NCBI GenBank assembly: GCA_045638525.1
Contig: JAZUBQ010000023.1
Coordinates: 154,656-218,655, forward strand
From: Clostridia bacterium
GTDB taxonomy: Bacteria > Bacillota > Clostridia > UMGS1840
Direction: 5' to 3'
DNA: 64,000 bases
Positions 1 to 8,131 of the stretch are shown in pieces. The notes under the pieces were generated by a model, which had not been told where the DNA came from, did no database searches, and saw only the letters and a program-made list of their open reading frames with translations. The translations under genes and the position numbers were made by a program. The first letter of the stretch is position 1. Each line of letters begins with the position of its first letter.

Positions 1-765
1 CAATATTCCGACGAAGAAAAACAAGGTGAATTTACCGATATTTATGCACTTGCGGCAACTTATTATAAACTGGTTACCGGAAAAACTCCTCCGGATGCCA
101 GAACCCGTGCCGTTCACGACAGCATTGAACGCTTGGACTGTGAGTGTGAAGGAGTCAGCCATCATATTGGTTTAACCATTCATCAGGCATTGTCGTTAAA
201 TTATCGGCAAAGACCACAGAATGTTGATGAATTTTTAGATGATTTGTTGGGACGTCCGGCATATTCAGACGGCTCCCCCGAGCCTACTAATGCAGAATTG
301 TTGCAACAGCCCACCGAAGAAATCAAACAACAGTCGTTTTTTAAACGGATGTTTGGGGAAAAACCGGAGAAAAAAGAAAAGCTTGTCCAACAGGAAGTTC
401 AGCCGGAATATGTCGGTGGCGGTTTTGTGGGAATTGCAACTACGGTTACTCCCTTTGTGCGAGTGGTAAGCGGTTCCATCAATTTGGGGCAGTGGAGTAT
501 TCCTCCTGATCATGAACTAAGTCTGGGCAGAGATGTCAACCAGTGTGATTTGGTCATTAACGGACAATCCATCAGCCGAAAGCATTGCACCGTGATGTAT
601 TCTTCTTCAGGCAACTATTTTGTGCTGACAGATTATTCTTCCAACGGCACCTTTTTGTCAGATGGAACACGGCTGCAACCGGGTGCTGCCTATGCGTTGG
701 ATGTGGGTAGTGTGATATTATTGGCATCTCAGAATTATATTATGGAATTGGGAGTGAAAGAATGA
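1..765 (+). CDS. Ser/Thr protein kinase with C-terminal FHA domain (5'-truncated by window edge)
   Basis: Frame 1 is open from base 1 and reads QYSDEEKQGEFTDIYALAATYYKLVTGKTPPDA (kinase subdomains VIII-IX). It runs into the tracked ORF 133..765, whose C-terminus has FHA motifs LSLGRD..ISRKH..DYSSNGT. No clear TM segment. Confidence 0.85.
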   Translation, partial: QYSDEEKQGEFTDIYALAATYYKLVTGKTPPDARTRAVHDSIERLDCECEGVSHHIGLTIHQALSLNYRQRPQNVDEFLDDLLGRPAYSDGSPEPTNAELLQQPTEEIKQQSFFKRMFGEKPEKKEKLVQQEVQPEYVGGGFVGIATTVTPFVRVVSGSINLGQWSIPPDHELSLGRDVNQCDLVINGQSISRKHCTVMYSSSGNYFVLTDYSSNGTFLSDGTRLQPGAAYALDVGSVILLASQNYIMELGVKE

Positions 766-1700
766 AACCAAACAAGAAAACACCGCAATCCAAAAGAACA
801 AATGCACACGAATTAACAAATATTATTCCGGCAAAAACCGGAACCAAAGCTAAGAATCCAAAAAAGAATCAGAAAGCAAAGGAACACGTTCACATCAGAG
901 AATATCACGAGCTGGAATTTCACATTCCCGTAAATTGCATTGAAATTTACGGAGCGCAGATTTTAGGCTCCCGTGATACACAGCAGGATGCCTTTTCGGT
1001 GTCCGGCTCTACCGATGTTTTTTCAGATGAAACCCCGATGGGGTGGGCGGTTGTTTGTGACGGAATGGGAGGGATGTCTTCCGGTGAAGTTGCAAGTCAG
1101 ACTGCAGATGCGGTAATGCATCAGATTTTGGGTAGCACTTCCTTAGATTCTAATATTCCGGAACTGCTTCGTCAGGCGGTTTTTCTGGCAAATGAGGAAG
1201 TAAAAAAAATCACAGCCGGCACCACAGATGTCAGCGGCACCACCTTAGTCAGCGTGGTGGCAAACGGCAATCAGCTTTATTATGCGTCGGTAGGTGACAG
1301 CAGAATTTACCTTTGTCGGGGAAATGAAATTGCACAGATTACCCGTGACCACAACTATGCACTGGAGCTGGACCAAAAGGTGGCAGCCGGTGAAATGACT
1401 ATGGAGGAAGCGTTGGTACAATCCCAACGGGAAGCGTTAATCAGCTATGTTGGAATTTCTGAATTGGAACTTTGCGATATTTCCGAGGAACCGATTCTTT
1501 TGCATAGCGGCGATATTGTCCTCTTATGCAGTGACGGGCTGACTAAGGTTTTGCCTGATGAAGAAATTTTAAGACTGGTGAATGCCAATCGGAACAGTAC
1601 GAAAAAAATTGTGGATGTACTGTTGCAGGAAGTGCAAATGGCATGTGTCAGAAAACTGGATAATACCACAATCGCAGTCTTAAAATACCAAAACGGATAA
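762..1700 (+). CDS. PP2C-family (PPM) Ser/Thr protein phosphatase
   Basis: Motifs GSRDTQQDA, VCDGMGG, SGTT, VGDSR, TRDH, LCSDGL, DNTT. Lys-rich N-terminal extension. ATGA overlap with the upstream stop. Confidence 0.93.
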   Translation: MKPNKKTPQSKRTNAHELTNIIPAKTGTKAKNPKKNQKAKEHVHIREYHELEFHIPVNCIEIYGAQILGSRDTQQDAFSVSGSTDVFSDETPMGWAVVCDGMGGMSSGEVASQTADAVMHQILGSTSLDSNIPELLRQAVFLANEEVKKITAGTTDVSGTTLVSVVANGNQLYYASVGDSRIYLCRGNEIAQITRDHNYALELDQKVAAGEMTMEEALVQSQREALISYVGISELELCDISEEPILLHSGDIVLLCSDGLTKVLPDEEILRLVNANRNSTKKIVDVLLQEVQMACVRKLDNTTIAVLKYQNG

Positions 1701-1747
1701 AAAAACAATAATATATAACAAAAAAGACAAAAAAAGGAGAGAACATT

Positions 1748-2410
1748 ATGAATTTAACAAGATGTTCACAAGGTCACTTTTACGATGCAGACACCAATGC
1801 AACTTGTCCGCATTGTCAGGGTGGAAAAGGCAACGACGAAACTATGATTTTACAGCGTAAGGTGGAAGACGATTCCAAAACCATTCCGCTGACCGAGGCA
1901 ATCAAACCTCAGCCGGAAGTTGCAAAAACCGTAAGCAAAACCAATATGGGTGTTAACATGGGTTCCGGTGTTACTATGGTACAGGATGATAACGAAAAAA
2001 CCATCAGCTTTGCGAAAGAAAAAGTTGGTCGTGAACCGGTAGTAGGTTGGTTGGTTTGCGTGGAAGGTCCCCACAAAGGCAGTGACTTCCGCTTAAAAAC
2101 CGGCAAAAACTTTATCGGTCGTGGAAGCAATATGGATGCGGCTTTAACCGAAGACAAATCGGTTTCCAGAGACAAACATGCCATCGTTTTATATGAACCC
2201 AGAAAGCACACCTTCTTGGTACAACCCGGTGAATCCAGAGAACTCTGCTACTTAAATGAAGAAGTGGTATTGTCTGCTCAGGTATTAAAACGCAACGACG
2301 TGATTACCGTTGGTGATTCCAAACTGATGTTCTTCCCCTGTTGTGACGTCATTTTCAACTGGGATATGGCAGACAAAGCGGAAGAAACCAAAGCTGATTC
2401 TAAAGAATAA
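1748..2410 (+). CDS. FHA-domain protein with N-terminal Cys/His zinc-ribbon-like motif
   Basis: N-terminal CSQGH..CPHC, Thr-rich linker, then FIGRG..VSRDKH FHA core. RBS AAGGAG upstream. Confidence 0.8.
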   Translation: MNLTRCSQGHFYDADTNATCPHCQGGKGNDETMILQRKVEDDSKTIPLTEAIKPQPEVAKTVSKTNMGVNMGSGVTMVQDDNEKTISFAKEKVGREPVVGWLVCVEGPHKGSDFRLKTGKNFIGRGSNMDAALTEDKSVSRDKHAIVLYEPRKHTFLVQPGESRELCYLNEEVVLSAQVLKRNDVITVGDSKLMFFPCCDVIFNWDMADKAEETKADSKE

Positions 2411-2430
2411 TAGTTTAGGAGGGAAATTTT

Positions 2431-3228
2431 ATGTTTTACTACTTATATTGTTTAACTCAGCATTACATTGCAAAAAAACTAGGTAATAATGATACCTGGA
2501 TGGCATATGTACCCTTTGCCCGTAACGTTCAGAGAATGAGAATGGTAAATATGCCCATGTGGAAGCTGCTGTTTGTTGGTAGTGCTTTCACTTCTGCATT
2601 CAGTTCTCTGTTAATCGGTTTGGTTGCATGGTTGTTTGCTTCCATGAAACCTGCACTTGGTATTGCTGTTGGCAGTATTTTAAGCTTAGTATACTATGTT
2701 CTGTTTATCATCTATACTTACGAATTCCAGAGTAAAATCGCTGCGAAATTCGGCTTCCAGAAAGCACCTTATGCACTGGTTCAGATGTTTTTAAAACCCG
2801 TTGGTATCGTACTTGAATACATGATCGCATTAAGCGACAGATTCTATGTTGGTAAAATCGGCGTTGGAAATAACGGAAATAGCGGAAACAATGGTAATAC
2901 CACCGTTGATCCTTCTACCATCGGTCTGTTAGGTATTTCCGGTATGTATCAGGGTGCAAAATTCACCATGAAAGCCGGTGACCAGTTTGTCATCGGTCGT
3001 GACGGTACCTTAGCAAATGTTATCATTTCTTCTAACGGAGATAAAGTAAGCAGAAGACATTGTACCGTTACCTTTAACGCTGCTACCTGCAGATACGAAG
3101 TAACCGACCATTCCAGCAACGGTACCTATCACGGTAACGAACGTCTGTTAAAAGGTCAGTCTACTCCGATTGAAAGAGGCACCACCATCGTAATCGGTGA
3201 CAAAATGAATCAGTTTAAACTGATGTAA
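2431..3228 (+). CDS. Membrane protein with C-terminal FHA domain
   Basis: Hydrophobic N-terminal half with several predicted TM helices, Gly/Asn linker, then VIGRD..VSRRH..DHSSNGT. RBS AGGAGG. Confidence 0.82.
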   Translation: MFYYLYCLTQHYIAKKLGNNDTWMAYVPFARNVQRMRMVNMPMWKLLFVGSAFTSAFSSLLIGLVAWLFASMKPALGIAVGSILSLVYYVLFIIYTYEFQSKIAAKFGFQKAPYALVQMFLKPVGIVLEYMIALSDRFYVGKIGVGNNGNSGNNGNTTVDPSTIGLLGISGMYQGAKFTMKAGDQFVIGRDGTLANVIISSNGDKVSRRHCTVTFNAATCRYEVTDHSSNGTYHGNERLLKGQSTPIERGTTIVIGDKMNQFKLM

Positions 3229-3266
3229 TTGTTTTGGATATTCCAAAATAATTGCTTAGGATGTTT

Positions 3267-3302
3267 TCTCGGGGGAAGTTAGGATGCTTTCCCCGGGATT
3301 TT
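3267..3302 (+). terminator. Putative intrinsic terminator after the FHA genes
   Basis: Stem CGGGGGAAG/CTTTCCCCG with an 8-nt loop, followed by a short T run. Confidence 0.45.
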
Positions 3303-3443
3303 CCTTAATTTTCTATACTATTATATATAATAACGTTAGAAGCGGTAAGCAGATACGATAGCCGCCAAATTGCAGATTGACTGCTATCCTGTCTGCTTAA
3401 GCAGTTTTTGGTATAAAAAAACAAAACTTGGGAGGATAAGAGA

Positions 3444-5666
3444 ATGAATCAGGATATTTGTTTAGGTTGTTTTGAACCCTTAAACGGATTTGACGTGTGC
3501 TGCCATTGCGGATGGCATCAGGATGCTGTGCCGGAACATGCATATCATTTGAAGCCGGGAACCATACTGCAAGGAAGATACATTGTGGGAAATTCTGTTG
3601 GTATGGGTGGTTTCGGGATTACCTATAAAGCATGGGATGCCAATTTAAACACCTTGGTTGCAATTAAAGAATTTTATCCTGCCGGTTTGGTAAGCCGTGT
3701 CCCGGGAGAAAAAGAGTTGGTTATCTTCAGTGGTGATAAGGAAGAACAGTTCCATGGCGCAATGACCCGATTTTTAGCGGAAGCAAAAACCATGGCAAAA
3801 TTCACCGGCCACCCCAATATTGTGCACGTGTTTGATTTCTTCCAGGAAAATCAGACTGCCTACATCGTAATGGAATATCTGGACGGGATTACGGTAAAAC
3901 AGTTTTTAGAGTCCAGCCCCGATCAGAAACTGCCGATAGAAACTGCCACCGAAATTATTTTGAGCGTACTCAATGCATTGTCTGAAATGCATTCTAAAAA
4001 AATCATTCACCGTGATATTTCGCCTGATAATATTCAGATTACCAGTCAGAATCAGGTTAAAATTTTCGACTTTGGTGCTGCCAGACTGACCAAAGAAGAC
4101 GAAGAGCAGACCCTTTCCATTGTCGTAAAAACCGGTTACACACCGCCGGAGCAGTACCGCGGAAAAAGTAAACAGGGCGCATTTACGGATTTATACAGTG
4201 TGGGTGCCGTTCTTTATAAATTGATTACGGGTCTGACTGCCGATGAATCCATTGACCGTATTGTAGAAGATACTTTGCAAAAGCCCTCCAAACTTGTGGA
4301 TGAGGTTGATTCCAATCTGGAAAAAGTGATTATGAAAGCAATGGCGTTAAAGCCGGAGCTTCGTTTCCAGACTGCCGCACAGTTCAGAGATGCATTGCTT
4401 AACAAAAAGAATGTAGACTATCCTGAAATCGAGTTAAAAAAACGCCGTCGTATCCGTTTATTGATTACTGCGGTTATGGCAGTGTTTACCATTGCGTTTT
4501 TCACAGCCTTTGGCTTATATATCACTTCCGAAGGGGAAGACCCGTTGGTTTGTGATAACGGTGCTATCACCGTTTGTCTGTCTGTCAGTGATAATCCGGA
4601 TGTTGCGAAGACAGAACAACAAATGTATCAGGATATTATTGATACCTTTATAGAAGAAGCAAAAAAAGAAACCCAAAGCCGTCCCGAAGGCAATGAATTT
4701 GCGGTAGAAGCTGTTTTTGTTCCCCAGAGCCAGTATCGTGACTATGTGGATCAAGCGGTTGCGGAAGGAAAGGCTCCCACTGTGTTCCATACCGATGCCT
4801 TCAAATCAGATTTAGGAAACTATGCTTCCAAACTCGACTTATTGGTGGATTCCATTACAGCGGAAGATTTTATAATTTTAGACGAATATGACAGCGTATA
4901 TCCTGCCGGATACGAAATACCGACAGGGTTCTATGCGGGTGCTATTTATGTGAACAAAGCAGCAGCAAAAGCCGCAGGTGTCGATATTACACAGGCAAAA
5001 CCGGTCACCGAGCTGTTGGAAAGTGCAACCACCACCAATGGAGTGGCAACCATTGCCATTGCAGGAGATAATGTGGACGATACTCTGGCAGTTATGATTG
5101 AAGAAGACCTTTATAATGGAAAATCCATCAGCAAACAGAGTGTTCAGGCATTTGACATCATCGGAAAAGCTATGAACAATCAGGCATTTTCTTATTCTCC
5201 TGTTTCCTCACTGCAGCAGTTCTATGCAAATCAGCTGGTATATTTGGTTGACGATACCACAGCTTTGGAATCTCACCATCAGCATATTCCCGGATATTAT
5301 ACCGTATATCCTCTGGCAAGAGACAATGGCTTGATCATCACCATGACAAAGCATCTGGGAGTTTCCAAATCTTCGGATGAAAATTCCAAAAAAATCGGAA
5401 TGCAGTTGATTCGTTTTATGCTCTCCGACTATGCGCAGGATGCATTGCACATCCGTAACAGCACTGCAATTCCCGTAAATCCCAACATGAAGGATTATTA
5501 TATTTCCTTTAACAACGACCTTTCGTTTGTGGGAGACTATGACGAGTATATCATCAACGGACAAAATCGTTTTGATGTATACCAATTTGGTTCAAAAGTA
5601 TATGCCGACATTATGATTCCCAACGGAGATTACTCAAAAATCACAGACTATCTGGAAATGAAATGA
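3444..5666 (+). CDS. Transmembrane Ser/Thr kinase with extracellular solute-binding-protein-like domain
   Basis: N-terminal CLGC..CCHC, then GMGGFGITY, VAIKEF, HRDISPDN, DFGAA, GYTPPEQ, DLYSVG. TM LLITAVMAVFTIAFFTAFGLYI. The ~380 aa ectodomain resembles family-1 sugar SBPs (e.g. LGVSKSS..IGMQLIRFMLSDYAQ..TAIPVN). Confidence 0.85.
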   Translation: MNQDICLGCFEPLNGFDVCCHCGWHQDAVPEHAYHLKPGTILQGRYIVGNSVGMGGFGITYKAWDANLNTLVAIKEFYPAGLVSRVPGEKELVIFSGDKEEQFHGAMTRFLAEAKTMAKFTGHPNIVHVFDFFQENQTAYIVMEYLDGITVKQFLESSPDQKLPIETATEIILSVLNALSEMHSKKIIHRDISPDNIQITSQNQVKIFDFGAARLTKEDEEQTLSIVVKTGYTPPEQYRGKSKQGAFTDLYSVGAVLYKLITGLTADESIDRIVEDTLQKPSKLVDEVDSNLEKVIMKAMALKPELRFQTAAQFRDALLNKKNVDYPEIELKKRRRIRLLITAVMAVFTIAFFTAFGLYITSEGEDPLVCDNGAITVCLSVSDNPDVAKTEQQMYQDIIDTFIEEAKKETQSRPEGNEFAVEAVFVPQSQYRDYVDQAVAEGKAPTVFHTDAFKSDLGNYASKLDLLVDSITAEDFIILDEYDSVYPAGYEIPTGFYAGAIYVNKAAAKAAGVDITQAKPVTELLESATTTNGVATIAIAGDNVDDTLAVMIEEDLYNGKSISKQSVQAFDIIGKAMNNQAFSYSPVSSLQQFYANQLVYLVDDTTALESHHQHIPGYYTVYPLARDNGLIITMTKHLGVSKSSDENSKKIGMQLIRFMLSDYAQDALHIRNSTAIPVNPNMKDYYISFNNDLSFVGDYDEYIINGQNRFDVYQFGSKVYADIMIPNGDYSKITDYLEMK

Positions 5667-5677
5667 GGTAACATAGG

Positions 5678-8080
5678 ATGCAATTATCTAACGAAACTGT
5701 CATTGGCAAACGCTATCAGATTTTGAGACCGAGTAACCAACAAACAGAGGAGATAAACACCTATATCTGTTTGGATAAAACCAATGGCAATACGGTAATT
5801 TTAGCAGAATTTTTTCCTGAATATGCCGAGCGTAAAGAAGACAATCGAGTGGATTATAAAATGCTGCCTGATGATGGTCAGGCGGCATTTCAGGAGGATT
5901 TTTACTGGAAAAAACGGTTTGGCGTTTTGCCCACAGTTCCTGCTGCTTATGAATTGATTTCCGAAAACAACACTTACTATATTGCTTATGAGGATGTTGG
6001 TGTCAATTCGGTTGGCAGACATATTGCAAGAAACCGTCCGTTTACCTACGACTCCGTGCGGCGGTTGTTACTTGCACTTTTGTATACCAATCGTGAGCTT
6101 TTGCGGTTTGGTTTATGCCAGGCGGAGTTTTTACCCCAGAATGTGGTAATCACTGCGGATGGCGAAATTAAACTGAGAGATTTTCGTCCCACGAAAAATC
6201 CGGATGCTCCTGATTTAGCGGTAAGATCTATCGCCGCCCTCGGTTATTATATGATTACCGGCAAACAGCCGGACGCATCTTCCAAATCGTCAGGGATTGC
6301 TTCGGGAAGCAACCTTTCCCGTCTTGCAAAATATTTAAAATGGGTTTACAATCTGCCGCTTGGTGCTATCACCGTTGAGCAGATGATTTCTCATGCCCAA
6401 ATCAATTTTGATGTGGACCTTTCCGAGCAACCGGCACCTATCGGCGCATCGCAGGAACCAAGCATTGCGGATTCACCGGTAACTGCACAGAAAAAACTTC
6501 CTCTTTGGGCAGTCATCACCGCAAGCTGTGTCGTTCTTTGTCTGGTGATTGGTATGATTGCTCTTCTTGCACATGGTGCAACGAAGGCGGTTGATGCTAC
6601 CAATACCGACTTAGGTTTGTGGTATTATACCGAGGACCCGACCGACGTAAAATCGGCACAGGTACTCTATTTTGTGGAAGGCGATAAGCAAGATAAAAAT
6701 TTTGTTGACTTGGTAAAAGGAGACTCTGTTCATCAATACAATAATATTGCCAATGTGGATAAAATTTATCTGAAGGTAGAACAGGAAAATACCGAAGGAT
6801 TTTCTTTGAACGTAACTGCCAATCAAGAAGAAATTTCTGCAAATGATGCAGGTTACTACGAAATTTTGGTAGATGGGAAAACCGATGTAGTTGTGAAAAA
6901 TAGCTACAGCCGTTGGAAATTTTTTAAAAAAAGCTCCATTTATCAGTTTAGCTGCAGTCAGAACGAATTTGCAAAATTGGCAGGTATTTCCTATCTGATT
7001 GACGAGGGTGAAGCAAAAGACGTGCCAAATTTTGAGCCTGATACCAAAGCTTATGCGATGGAAGAACCGATCCCCGTAACAGCTAAAATATTGCAAATTC
7101 TGGATCAAATACCGGAAGGTGAAGACTTTGAGGTTACATATACTCCCTCTGCCAAGATTGATGTGGCAGAGATAGTTAAGGATGCCAAAGTTGGAGAAGA
7201 AACGCCTGTTTCTGTCAGCATCACCGTAACCGATAACACAAAAGGTTTGGACGAAAATACATATACCTTGCAGTTTGTTGTCGAAGCAAAACAACCGGTG
7301 GTTGTGCCGGATGTAATTGGGAAATCAGAAGCCCAAGCAGTGAAAGCTTTGCAAAACGCAGGTTTATATGCGAAGGTAAAGGATAAAAATGCAAAGCAAG
7401 AACGTGAAAACGGAAAGGTGCAAAGCAGTAATCCGGCGGCAGGAATAGAAGTGGAACCCGGTTCTACCATAACCATTTCGGTTGGACGTTGGGAACAACC
7501 GAAATCAACCGCAACTCCGAAATCAACCGCAAAACCAACCGCAACTCCGAGGCCAACTCCCACACCTGTGCCATCTATATCGTCGTCTCCGGAACCGGAC
7601 CTCTCTGTACCGCCAACACCAGGCGGAACAGATTCTTATATCAATGGGGATGACATTACAACAGTTCCTGATGTGGTAGGAAAAACGGAAGCAGATGCGA
7701 AAAAAACTATACAAAATGCAGAATTGACTGTGACCGTCAGCTACAAAGATGTAGATGACAAAACTAAAAACGGCAAAGTGCTTTCCGTCAGCCCCTCTGT
7801 AGGAACTTCTGAACCAAAAGGAACCACCGTAACCATAACCGTAGGAACGTATGTAGAACCCACTGAAGAAGAGAAAAAAGTAACAGTTCCCAATGTGTTG
7901 GGAATGTCTGCGGAAGATGCGGAAAAAACTTTGCAAGCGTTAAAATTAAACGTGAACGTAGAATATGTGGAAAATAACGCCCAAGTCGGCAAGGTTATCA
8001 GCAGTGATACTGACCCGGGAACTTCAGTGAAACCGGGAACTATAGTAACAATAACGGTCGGAAAATTAGCCGATTCCTAA
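5678..8080 (+). CDS. Transmembrane pseudokinase with cadherin-like beta-sandwich and 3 PASTA domains
   Basis: Kinase-like N-terminus colinear with neighbours but with catalytic motifs replaced (VILAEF, CQAEFLPQN, DFR). TM LWAVITASCVVLCLVIGMIALLA. Three VP(D/N)V(I/V/L)G PASTA repeats and a Pro/Thr linker. Confidence 0.75.
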   Translation: MQLSNETVIGKRYQILRPSNQQTEEINTYICLDKTNGNTVILAEFFPEYAERKEDNRVDYKMLPDDGQAAFQEDFYWKKRFGVLPTVPAAYELISENNTYYIAYEDVGVNSVGRHIARNRPFTYDSVRRLLLALLYTNRELLRFGLCQAEFLPQNVVITADGEIKLRDFRPTKNPDAPDLAVRSIAALGYYMITGKQPDASSKSSGIASGSNLSRLAKYLKWVYNLPLGAITVEQMISHAQINFDVDLSEQPAPIGASQEPSIADSPVTAQKKLPLWAVITASCVVLCLVIGMIALLAHGATKAVDATNTDLGLWYYTEDPTDVKSAQVLYFVEGDKQDKNFVDLVKGDSVHQYNNIANVDKIYLKVEQENTEGFSLNVTANQEEISANDAGYYEILVDGKTDVVVKNSYSRWKFFKKSSIYQFSCSQNEFAKLAGISYLIDEGEAKDVPNFEPDTKAYAMEEPIPVTAKILQILDQIPEGEDFEVTYTPSAKIDVAEIVKDAKVGEETPVSVSITVTDNTKGLDENTYTLQFVVEAKQPVVVPDVIGKSEAQAVKALQNAGLYAKVKDKNAKQERENGKVQSSNPAAGIEVEPGSTITISVGRWEQPKSTATPKSTAKPTATPRPTPTPVPSISSSPEPDLSVPPTPGGTDSYINGDDITTVPDVVGKTEADAKKTIQNAELTVTVSYKDVDDKTKNGKVLSVSPSVGTSEPKGTTVTITVGTYVEPTEEEKKVTVPNVLGMSAEDAEKTLQALKLNVNVEYVENNAQVGKVISSDTDPGTSVKPGTIVTITVGKLADS
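7664..7860 (+). repeat. PASTA-coding DNA module, copy 1 (copy 2 at 10613-10809)
   Basis: 7664-7787 and 10613-10736 differ at only 3 of 124 positions by manual alignment. Similarity decays over the remainder. Confidence 0.9.
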
Positions 8081-8131
8081 ACTTGCATCACAATAAACAT
8101 CAAAACTCAGTAAACTAAAGGGAGAATAGCC

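Noticed and set aside
1-3228. T6SS-associated PpkA/PppA/Fha module or TerY-P triad
   Set aside because: No tss, vgrG or hcp genes and no vWA/TerY gene in the window, and the host looks monoderm. It cannot be excluded for the unseen upstream part.
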